Assembly: GCA_018221045.1 (NCBI GenBank)
Contig: JAAOXT010000027.1
Location: forward strand, 536-64,535
Direction of reading: 5' to 3'
DNA: 64,000 nt
DNA from: Nanobdellota archaeon
GTDB taxonomy: Archaea; Nanobdellota; Nanobdellia; JAAOXT01
Notes under the pieces: generated by a model
What the model was told of the DNA's origin: nothing
The model's database searches: none
The model's input: only the letters and a program-made list of their open reading frames with translations
In this document: piece by piece, positions 18,540-26,116 of the stretch
Layout: each line of letters starts with the position of its first letter
Numbering within the stretch: the stretch's first letter is position 1
Position numbers and translations under genes: made by a program

Positions 18540-19112
18540 ATGGGATTTGTTAAAAAGAGAGAGATAATACGAAAGGTTTACGAAAATTTGATTGAACAGA
18601 ATCAAAAAGTTGGTGAAATAACTTTTTCTCCAAAAATTAGTTTTACAATAAACAAATTTGCTTATGGAGGAGAATTTGGGGGCGACGTTTACGAAATTGA
18701 AAGAGATTACAAAAACGTGCAACTAATTGATTTTGACGGCGCAACCATTCCTATTGGATTAGGGGAATTAAGTGGCGCGTGGTTCTTATGTCCAGGTTTC
18801 GGCCCAAACATAATTGCTCTTAACAAATTAGAAAGTCCTATAACCAAAAACTTAGAAGACTCGTTGCGTTGCGAGATTAAGGGTAATCATCTAAAACACG
18901 TTGTGGTTTCAGAAATGCCTACTAGCCACAGAGGAGAAAGTTATATCGGTGTTCCAAAAGTTAGCAGGTTTTCAGGAATCTTTGATATAGGATATAGGGA
19001 GTTAGATAATTATTATCATGAGGGAAAGTATTCCACTTCTTTAATAGAAACTTTAACAGAGGCGGTGGAAGAAGTAGTGGTTCAAGACCATCATGTAGTA
19101 AGGTTAAAATAG
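18540..19112 (+). CDS. hypothetical protein
   Basis: 190-aa ORF with no recognised motif. Confidence 0.35.
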   Translation: MGFVKKREIIRKVYENLIEQNQKVGEITFSPKISFTINKFAYGGEFGGDVYEIERDYKNVQLIDFDGATIPIGLGELSGAWFLCPGFGPNIIALNKLESPITKNLEDSLRCEIKGNHLKHVVVSEMPTSHRGESYIGVPKVSRFSGIFDIGYRELDNYYHEGKYSTSLIETLTEAVEEVVVQDHHVVRLK

Positions 19113-19121
19113 TGCGCTTCA

Positions 19122-20102
19122 TTATACAGCGATTTGTGTGAACATTGTTTGTGCCAGTTTTTTAACAATGAAGAAAACTGTTATTGCCAGCGCGCTAAGA
19201 GGGATCATGTATTTCACTCCTCGAATCGCTTTTTCGCTTTCGAGTTCACCGATTATCAGTGAGGTGAAAACAGCGTTCAATAACAGGGAAGCCAATGAGA
19301 TTATTTGAATGTGCTCTGCAGAGATGGATTGGCCAGGAGACCTTATGGTTAATGAACCCATTCCCATTCCTGGAACACTGGTGACGTCTTGAAAAGTAGT
19401 CATTGATTCAACCAAGAAACCGGATAAGGCGAAAAGGAGCGGGGCTCCGAACGAGGAAGCTATCATGAACAAGATGGAGTAAGCACCTATACTGGCTTTC
19501 ATTTTATCCTTTAACTGTTTGGTTTGTCTTACGTCTTCAGCAATGCCTTCTATGAGCGCGGACATCTTGCTACCCCCTTTAACGCCTTCAACAATTAGTT
19601 TTACCGCTCTGCGCACAAGCGGGGAAGAAGAATTTCTTGATAATTCGGTCAGCGCGTCTTCCGTGCTGTAACCGAACAAAGCTTTTTTACTGGAGTTTTT
19701 TATGTTTTTTGAGAAGGAACCGAATTCTTCTCTGGCGGATAAGAATATGGCTTTTTCAGCGCTGATGCCTGAACGAATGTTTGAAGACATGATTGTTAAA
19801 ACGTCAGGCAATATTTTTTCGACAAAATCGTTTTTTCTGTCAATAGCTATCAAAAATATGATTTCGGATAGCAAGTGTATTGAAACAAAAATAATGATTG
19901 GGGTTAACACGAGCAGGAAGGCAGGAGTGTTCGTGTTCAAAACGTAAACAATGAATGTTATTGTCAGGGATAGCGCAAGAGTGTAAAGGAAGAAGAAGCC
20001 AGTCCACTGGTTAACGTCCAAGTTAACTCCTGCTTTCAGTAAATTGTCTTTCATGCGCTTAACATACTTTTTTGGCAGTGCATGCACGAATCTCTTATAC
20101 AT
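19122..20102 (-). CDS. type IV pilus platform protein, TadC/FlaJ-half-like (T2SSF domain), locus 1
   Basis: The N-terminal TM pair is followed by a cytoplasmic helical domain (LPDVLTIMSSNIRSGISAEKAI, VRRAVKLIVEGVKGGSKMSALIE) and C-terminal TM helices. It is a paralogue of 33681-34670. Confidence 0.75.
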   Translation of the reverse strand: MYKRFVHALPKKYVKRMKDNLLKAGVNLDVNQWTGFFFLYTLALSLTITFIVYVLNTNTPAFLLVLTPIIIFVSIHLLSEIIFLIAIDRKNDFVEKILPDVLTIMSSNIRSGISAEKAIFLSAREEFGSFSKNIKNSSKKALFGYSTEDALTELSRNSSSPLVRRAVKLIVEGVKGGSKMSALIEGIAEDVRQTKQLKDKMKASIGAYSILFMIASSFGAPLLFALSGFLVESMTTFQDVTSVPGMGMGSLTIRSPGQSISAEHIQIISLASLLLNAVFTSLIIGELESEKAIRGVKYMIPLSALAITVFFIVKKLAQTMFTQIAV

Positions 20103-20946
20103 GAGGTCTCACCTTTTGGATGGCTGTTAGAAAAAAAGTGTTTATTACGACCAGATAAACTGGTATCAGGTAAAAAATTTTTGTTAAAGAATCATTACTC
20201 ATTAGTGAGGAGAGAATTATCATTAAAGTCATGCCAAGTGCGGGGAGAATTATTGCTGAAAGCAAGTACATGACGCTCAGCGGAGTCAATTTTGACGAAA
20301 ACTGTTCTATCCTGATTTTTTTGGATCTTTCAATGTTCTGAACCATTGAATGAAGGGTTTTAGAGACGTCCGAGCCTTCTTTTAGAGAGTTTATTAACTG
20401 CCATAGCAGTCGTCGGAAGTCCTCTGAAGCAATTCTTCCCGCAAGTTCTTCAAGCGCTTCTAACTCGCTTTTGCCCGTCTCCAACTCGTGAACATATTTT
20501 TTGAATTCTTCAGAAATCTCTCCGTAATCACCAAACCCGACTCGAGAAATCGCGTTGAAAAGGGTTTGCCCGGAATTTACTCTAACGTAAATCTCTCTTA
20601 TTGCGAACGCAATGTTCTTGTCAAAATCTTTCGACCTTTTATTCGCTAAAAAATAAGGTTGCCTCATTTTTAGTATGAAAGCAAGCCAGAAGATCAGAAA
20701 ACCTGTTGCGAGCGAGAATAGGAAGTTATACGGGTTTAAAATATTCAAAAAAAATAATGTTATCAGCGCTGACGTAGTGTAAAAAGCGCTGAAAGAAGCG
20801 GATATGAGGACTGCTAGGCTGGTGTAATCAAGAACTGATTGTTTGATGCCCGCCCACTTGAGTGTTGGTGACAGTCTTGGAAACATGGAAGAAAGAAGTT
20901 TTGCTAGACCCCTAAAGTTTCTAGCATAATCAATCAATTCACCCAT
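20095..20946 (-). CDS. type IV pilus platform protein, TadB/FlaJ-half-like (T2SSF domain), locus 1
   Basis: AIREIYVRVNSGQTLFNAI...FRRLLWQLINSLKEGSDVSKTL is followed by TM helices. It overlaps each neighbour by 8 nt. Confidence 0.75.
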   Translation of the reverse strand: MGELIDYARNFRGLAKLLSSMFPRLSPTLKWAGIKQSVLDYTSLAVLISASFSAFYTTSALITLFFLNILNPYNFLFSLATGFLIFWLAFILKMRQPYFLANKRSKDFDKNIAFAIREIYVRVNSGQTLFNAISRVGFGDYGEISEEFKKYVHELETGKSELEALEELAGRIASEDFRRLLWQLINSLKEGSDVSKTLHSMVQNIERSKKIRIEQFSSKLTPLSVMYLLSAIILPALGMTLMIILSSLMSNDSLTKIFYLIPVYLVVINTFFLTAIQKVRPHV

Positions 20947-22450
20947 AATTTTTTAGAACCTCTGCTTTTGAACAATTTTTTCGAATCATTTCAAGAAGGG
21001 TTCCGGAATCCAGAAAATAAGCGCTTATAATCCTGCCAACGTTTTCTAACCCGCTTAACTCGTTTTCAATCATCCATTTCAAAACCTTTTTTTTGTCGTT
21101 CAAGTCTTTCGTGACATCTTCTTCACTCATCCCGGTGTACACCTTTATTTTTTGTGTTAAGGTTTTGGATGGGTTTGAGGAAAAGTGTTCGTTAGAACTG
21201 GAATCCCATTCCCGAACCTTGTTGATGACAATCCTTGCTTTTCCCATGATTTCGGTGGATATGACCTCTGACAATTCTGATAATCTTCTTATCCCTTTTC
21301 TTCGGTCCCTGAACATGACAACAATCAATGGAATCGCGCTTATCATGCCTTCAGGAATGTTCATCGGGTCGTGGGTAAGTCTTTGAACGGTTTGCTCTCC
21401 TGTTTCAGCATGAACTGTTGCGTAAACGCTGTGACCCGTGTGAATGGCTTCGAACAAGGTTTCTGCTTCAAACTTTCTTCTAACTTCCCCCACGATGATT
21501 CTGTCCGGCCTCATCCTTAAAGAGTTGATTAAGAGTTCTTGCATGCTAATACCTCCTTTGCCTTCAAGGTTTGGCTCCCTGACCACTAGGGAAGTCCAAT
21601 AAAGAAATGATGGAAGTTGAAGTTCTTTAGTGTCTTCAATGCTAATCACCCTATGATTTGGAGGAATAAAAGCCATTAAGGTGTTCAGAAGCGTGGTTTT
21701 TCCGCTAGCCGTCCCGCCAGCAATGAGATAAGATATTTCATACTGGGTTGCCAGCCATAGAAGTGCGGCTTCCTCGACGGTTAGCGTGTCATTTTTTATC
21801 AAGTCCACGATCGTCCAAGGTTTTTTCCTGAATTTACGAATCGTTATCGTATTACCAAAATAAGAAATAGGGTATAATACTGCGTTAATCCTGTCACCGT
21901 TCAACAACCTAGCGTCTAGTAAGGGGTCAAGACGGCTTATGCTTCTCCCAACTTTTCTCCCAATTATTGTGGAGTAATCGTAAACCTGTTTTTCTGTTAA
22001 AAAAATGTTTGTTTTAAGCCAGCCGTGCGTTCTATGGTAAACCCAGGCAGGAGCTTTTTGCCCGTGAACCACTACTTCTTCCAGTTCAGGGTCGTTAAGC
22101 AAGTATTCCACTGGCCCGAGCCCAATCGTTTCTGAAAGAATTATGCACAGAAGATTGTTCAGCTTTTCTTTAGACTCTTTTGGAAAGTTCTTTCTAATTA
22201 TTTTGACAGCTTTTTCCTTTATTTTGGTCTGAACCATTTTTATCGCTCTCTCGTCAATAATTTCTTCCTCTGATAATTTTATTTCACGCATTAAATCTTC
22301 TTTAACCCCCATAATTATTGCGTGGGTAGCTGGCTTAACCTCGGGCAGTGAAACCTCGTAAACAAGAGTGTATTCTCCTTTTTTTTGGAGGATTCTGACA
22401 GGGATTTCTACGTCAAAAGTTGTTGTTTTGTAATTCGTGATTATCTTCAT
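20939..22450 (-). CDS. type II/IV secretion-family ATPase (ArlI/PilB/VirB11-like), locus 1
   Basis: The Walker A motif is IAGGTASGKTTLLN. The Asp and His boxes are SIEDTKEL, RMRPDRIIVGEVR and HTGHSVYATVHA. Confidence 0.9.
   Translation of the reverse strand: MKIITNYKTTTFDVEIPVRILQKKGEYTLVYEVSLPEVKPATHAIIMGVKEDLMREIKLSEEEIIDERAIKMVQTKIKEKAVKIIRKNFPKESKEKLNNLLCIILSETIGLGPVEYLLNDPELEEVVVHGQKAPAWVYHRTHGWLKTNIFLTEKQVYDYSTIIGRKVGRSISRLDPLLDARLLNGDRINAVLYPISYFGNTITIRKFRKKPWTIVDLIKNDTLTVEEAALLWLATQYEISYLIAGGTASGKTTLLNTLMAFIPPNHRVISIEDTKELQLPSFLYWTSLVVREPNLEGKGGISMQELLINSLRMRPDRIIVGEVRRKFEAETLFEAIHTGHSVYATVHAETGEQTVQRLTHDPMNIPEGMISAIPLIVVMFRDRRKGIRRLSELSEVISTEIMGKARIVINKVREWDSSSNEHFSSNPSKTLTQKIKVYTGMSEEDVTKDLNDKKKVLKWMIENELSGLENVGRIISAYFLDSGTLLEMIRKNCSKAEVLKNYG
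21492..21528. repeat. 37-nt stretch identical to 36397-36433 within the two ATPase paralogues
   Basis: acgatgattctgtccggcctcatccttaaagagttga occurs in both genes. The flanking about 45 nt are also nearly identical. Confidence 0.85.
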
Positions 22451-23100
22451 TTTATTTTTAGGTAAGGGTGACCTATCAGCGGGTACTTCATCTTGACTAA
22501 ATTGTTTTCGCTTAGCTCGTTAGCCCACTCCTCTACTATTTCATAGTCCGCCTTCAATATTTTTGAAAGTTCTTTGACACTGATTTTTTTCGTCATTTTC
22601 ACTATTTCAAGCAATAAATCCGCTTTCGTGTCGAAACGGTCAAGAGGTGGTAGGATTATGGTTTTTCCACTCCTGGTTTTGATTTTGGTCACTTTAAAGT
22701 TCTTGACCGCTTTGTCGAGTTTTTCTTGGCTTTTTTTAATCCAGGATTTCTCGTTAAGGAAGGGCAGTTCTTCCTGTATTGGCTCCCAGAACCCTGGTTT
22801 TATGAACCACATAATTCTTTTCCCGCCTTTGCGAAAAGTTTTATCAAGAGTTGAAGTCCATTTATTTCTTATCTTAAAAGCTTTTTTCGGGTCTTTCTCA
22901 ATTTTTTCCAGTTCTTCTAAACCGTATTTGATTATGTCTTTTCTAATTTTTTCGTGCGGGATCCCGACTTTTAGTGCTTGACCGAATATTTCTTGGAGCT
23001 CGCAACCCACTTCTTTTTTGACTTTAGGTTTAACAATTTTTTTAACAGGGTTTTTCACTGGTTTCTTGTTTTTTTTACGCGAACTTTTTTTAGGAGGCAT
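22447..23100 (-). CDS. Lys-rich N-terminus plus C-terminal wHTH-like protein preceding the locus 1 ATPase
   Basis: MPPKKSSRKKNKKPVKNPVKKIVKPKVKKEV opens the protein. The C-terminal ISVKELSKILKADYEIVEEWANELSENNLVKMKY is homologous to the 112-aa protein at 37345-37683. The track ORF extends to 23172; I prefer the ATG at 23100. Confidence 0.5.
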   Translation of the reverse strand: MPPKKSSRKKNKKPVKNPVKKIVKPKVKKEVGCELQEIFGQALKVGIPHEKIRKDIIKYGLEELEKIEKDPKKAFKIRNKWTSTLDKTFRKGGKRIMWFIKPGFWEPIQEELPFLNEKSWIKKSQEKLDKAVKNFKVTKIKTRSGKTIILPPLDRFDTKADLLLEIVKMTKKISVKELSKILKADYEIVEEWANELSENNLVKMKYPLIGHPYLKIK

Positions 23101-23147
23101 TGATATATATTTTAAATATTCGGGGTAATATAAATATTGTTTTGGAA

Positions 23148-23765
23148 ATGAATGTTTTAAAACTGTTATCAAGGATTTTTTTCCGGAAGATTAGGAGGAA
23201 ACCAGTAGTGATAGGCGTTTTTGGCCCTCCAAACTCTGGTAAAACCACGCTCATTAATAGAATACTTAATGATATTGGCTTGGAAGAATTGGGGAAGGTT
23301 TCCCCCGTGCCTCACGAGACTAGGAAAGTGAAATCAAGAAAAGGCGTGAAATTGAAAGTTGGAAGATTAACACTGGATTTTGAGGTTATGGATACCCCTG
23401 GGGTGAGCGAGAAAATAGATCCAGACATGTTTTCTGAGTATGGTATGAAGGGGCATGGCGCGAGTTTGAGGACGGTGGAGGCCGTTAACGGCGTTGTTGA
23501 AAGCATTAAGGCAATAGAAAGTGTGGATGGCGCTTTGGTAGTCGTGGACGCGTTAGCTGATGAAGTGGATGACATGACCAGGATGCTTGTCAATAATTTT
23601 GAGTTCGCTGGCAAAAAAGTTTTAATAGTTGTTAATAAGATGGATAAGAGCCCTGACGTGTCATTCGTGCAAGAAGCGTTTCCTGATTATAATCTTATCC
23701 TGATTAGCGCTAAAACGGGTTGGAACGTTGAAGAACTGTATAAAGAAATGATAAACATGTTTTAG
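23148..23765 (+). CDS. small GTPase (MMR_HSR1/Era-EngB-like)
   Basis: G1 is GVFGPPNSGKTTLINR, G3 is DTPG, G4 is NKMD and G5 is SAK. I prefer the ATG at 23148 over the track start at 23100. Confidence 0.7.
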   Translation: MNVLKLLSRIFFRKIRRKPVVIGVFGPPNSGKTTLINRILNDIGLEELGKVSPVPHETRKVKSRKGVKLKVGRLTLDFEVMDTPGVSEKIDPDMFSEYGMKGHGASLRTVEAVNGVVESIKAIESVDGALVVVDALADEVDDMTRMLVNNFEFAGKKVLIVVNKMDKSPDVSFVQEAFPDYNLILISAKTGWNVEELYKEMINMF

Positions 23766-23806
23766 AACAACAAATAATAAAAAGAGAAAATCGTCTTATT
23801 CATCTT

Positions 23807-24109
23807 ATGGAAACTACTGACGATAAAGAAACAGTGAAATACCAAGTAATAGGAATAGGTTACCCAAAAACTGGGTTTAAGAGGTGGGGTTTTAAAAGAG
23901 AAAAGACTACTTTTTATCCTATCTTAGGATTTTTTCCAGTTTCGGGTGTAGAAGTCATACAAAAACAGATTCTAAAATCTTTTAATGAACCTTCTATAAC
24001 TGAAGTTTATGTTTTCATGAGGAAACATGGGAGTAACGAACTATTGTTAAGTATAGAAAAAGGAAAGATTGAAGCAGGGTTTTCGGAACTTGAGAAAAAA
24101 TTTATTTGA
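23807..24109 (+). CDS. hypothetical protein
   Basis: 100-aa ORF downstream of the GTPase on the same strand. I recognise no motif. Confidence 0.3.
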   Translation: METTDDKETVKYQVIGIGYPKTGFKRWGFKREKTTFYPILGFFPVSGVEVIQKQILKSFNEPSITEVYVFMRKHGSNELLLSIEKGKIEAGFSELEKKFI

Positions 24110-24115
24110 CAAAAA

Positions 24116-24877
24116 TCATTCTCGAAAAAAATAGCCCTTGACAGAAACGTTTAGGCCGTACTCTTGGACAAAATTGATTCTCAAGCTTTCCTCTTCAGGC
24201 AGGACGAGAGTTAATTCAGCGATTTCACCGCTCGAATTAGAATAATTTAAAGTGAAATTGTTTTGACGGACCCGCCAGGTCACGTTAGAACTTCCATTGG
24301 TTTCTACTGTCACGTTGGCTTCGCCCACAAGTTTTTCCTCATAAAACTCTGGGCTTTCAATTATAATCTTCAGCGAACCCGCATCGTTCTGCCAAGTCAC
24401 TTGATTAATTTCTGGCAGTTTTAGTTTTAGCGCGGTTGCTGAGCTCGTATTGTTCCAAACAATTTTTTGGGCAGAATAATTATTAGTTATCAGGATTCCA
24501 TACGGTTGAACGATTTGTTCCAGGTAACCGTTATCAACGCTCGAGATCAGGTTAGAAAAGTCGTGAGAGATGCCGTAAACACGGGTTAGGAAAGAGTCGT
24601 AAGAGTTCATGTTATGACTAGCGTTAAAAAAAGGGTTCAAATAGGAATGAAATGTTAGGTTAACCGAGTCACTGCTTGAAACGGAGTGATAAAAATTTGT
24701 TGCTTTGAAAAGATTGTTTTTCACAGTGTTTGCTTCCTGGCTCGTCCGGGAAGCAGCGATTGAGTTAACAAAAGTCTCGCTATAATTATTGTTTTGGGTG
24801 AAGACAAGGAAGACCAGAGAACTTATGACAGTGAAGAAAGCAAGAGTCATTAGTGACATGAGAATTCCTTTTTTCAT
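24116..24877 (-). CDS. minor pilin-like protein (class III signal peptide), locus 1
   Basis: With the ATG at 24877 the N-terminus is MKKGILMSLMTLAFFTVISSLVFLVF and forms an ATGA overlap with the upstream gene. The protein has many N-x-S/T sequons. Confidence 0.6.
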   Translation of the reverse strand: MKKGILMSLMTLAFFTVISSLVFLVFTQNNNYSETFVNSIAASRTSQEANTVKNNLFKATNFYHSVSSSDSVNLTFHSYLNPFFNASHNMNSYDSFLTRVYGISHDFSNLISSVDNGYLEQIVQPYGILITNNYSAQKIVWNNTSSATALKLKLPEINQVTWQNDAGSLKIIIESPEFYEEKLVGEANVTVETNGSSNVTWRVRQNNFTLNYSNSSGEIAELTLVLPEEESLRINFVQEYGLNVSVKGYFFRE

Positions 24878-25266
24878 GGCCATAACCTCATTTCTGCTTT
24901 ACCTAACAGGGTGATGTTGCCTTCGCTTGTCACCAAGAATACTCTTCGCGCGTTAACAAAATCTGTTGTGACCGGGTCGCCTAAGTTGATGGATTGATTC
25001 AAAGAATTGTCTGGATTGTAGTAAAGAACTTCCAGCGAGTGGTTGAGGTTTGGAGGAATTAATTCTTTGAGCGAGTCGTTAATGGTACTTGGATTCATGC
25101 TCTGCAAAGAAGGTGTCAGGACGTTCAAAGTGTCTTGAGCTTGCTTTAACAGCATCAATTTATCGTAATGGGTTTCGTATTCTTGGGAGGGAAAAGTTGC
25201 TAGGAAAAAAGTTATTATCATTGCAGCGAAGAAAACGTCCAGTGAAAAGACGAAGCCTTTACTCAT
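24874..25266 (-). CDS. minor pilin-like protein (class III signal peptide), locus 1
   Basis: With the ATG at 25266 the N-terminus is MSKGFVFSLDVFFAAMIITFFLATF and forms an ATGA overlap with the upstream gene. It is homologous to 38513-38938. Confidence 0.6.
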   Translation of the reverse strand: MSKGFVFSLDVFFAAMIITFFLATFPSQEYETHYDKLMLLKQAQDTLNVLTPSLQSMNPSTINDSLKELIPPNLNHSLEVLYYNPDNSLNQSINLGDPVTTDFVNARRVFLVTSEGNITLLGKAEMRLWP

Positions 25267-25742
25267 TTTTCCCTCCAAACAATTAGTTTAACGTTCACGC
25301 CATCCCCTTTCATTAGCGCAAGTCTTTTGATGGCAACGATTTCATCGGCTAAAGCGTAACTTTCTCCAGAATCATAAATATTGGTGCCGTTCGAATAATT
25401 CACTATTATTCTGTAATCATATTCTTGCAGTCCTAAGAGTTTTTTGGAGTTTTCGTAATCGTTTGACGCGTAATCAATCATTCTTTCAAGTTTTCCGGAA
25501 TCAATGTTTTCAAAATCCTTGACTCCTGCTCGATTTGATTCAATGGACCAGTTGAAGGGCTGGCCGGACGAGTCCATTAAGGAAACGCTCGCGCCGTAAG
25601 CTTTCATTCTTAACTCATTGGTGGAATAACTTTTTTCCAGATCTCTGGAGTAATCGTTCCACATGGTTATGCCTGCGTAAAAGAGTATTGCGAACACGGT
25701 TATGGCGACCACGAAGTCAAGGGACACGATTTGCGCTTTCAA
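25263..25742 (-). CDS. minor pilin-like protein (class III signal peptide), locus 1
   Basis: The N-terminus is MKAQIVSLDFVVAITVFAILFYAGI. It shares GQPFNW and LGLQEYDY blocks with 38935-39414 (GQPYNW, LGIEGYDF). Confidence 0.65.
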   Translation of the reverse strand: MKAQIVSLDFVVAITVFAILFYAGITMWNDYSRDLEKSYSTNELRMKAYGASVSLMDSSGQPFNWSIESNRAGVKDFENIDSGKLERMIDYASNDYENSKKLLGLQEYDYRIIVNYSNGTNIYDSGESYALADEIVAIKRLALMKGDGVNVKLIVWREK

Positions 25743-26116
25743 CTTATCACCACGCCCCCGTTCAAGTTTTGGATGGTCACAACTTCTTGTGAGATGTTGA
25801 AGTCGCTGTGAGAACCGTTGGTCACGCTTGTTATCATATTGCAGAAAACTGTTTCGTTTTCGGAGAGGACTTGCACGGACTTGTCTTGAACGCTTAGGTT
25901 ATACCCTTTCAAAGTCATGTTGGTTTCAAGTCCTTCTAACAGCGTCGCGTCAGCCACTTTGCTGCTGAAAGAGTTGCAAACGCTTTTAACTTCGACGAAA
26001 AATTCTTGGGATTCAAGCATGGTCTTCCTGTGATACACTGAGTTAGTGGTGACGATGAATAAGGAGACCATGAAAGTAATTACGAAAAGTGTTTCCACGC
26101 TAACCTGTGCTTTCAT
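25739..26116 (-). CDS. minor pilin-like protein (class III signal peptide), locus 1
   Basis: The N-terminus is MKAQVSVETLFVITFMVSLFIVTT. A TAATG junction joins it to the upstream gene. Confidence 0.65.
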   Translation of the reverse strand: MKAQVSVETLFVITFMVSLFIVTTNSVYHRKTMLESQEFFVEVKSVCNSFSSKVADATLLEGLETNMTLKGYNLSVQDKSVQVLSENETVFCNMITSVTNGSHSDFNISQEVVTIQNLNGGVVIS

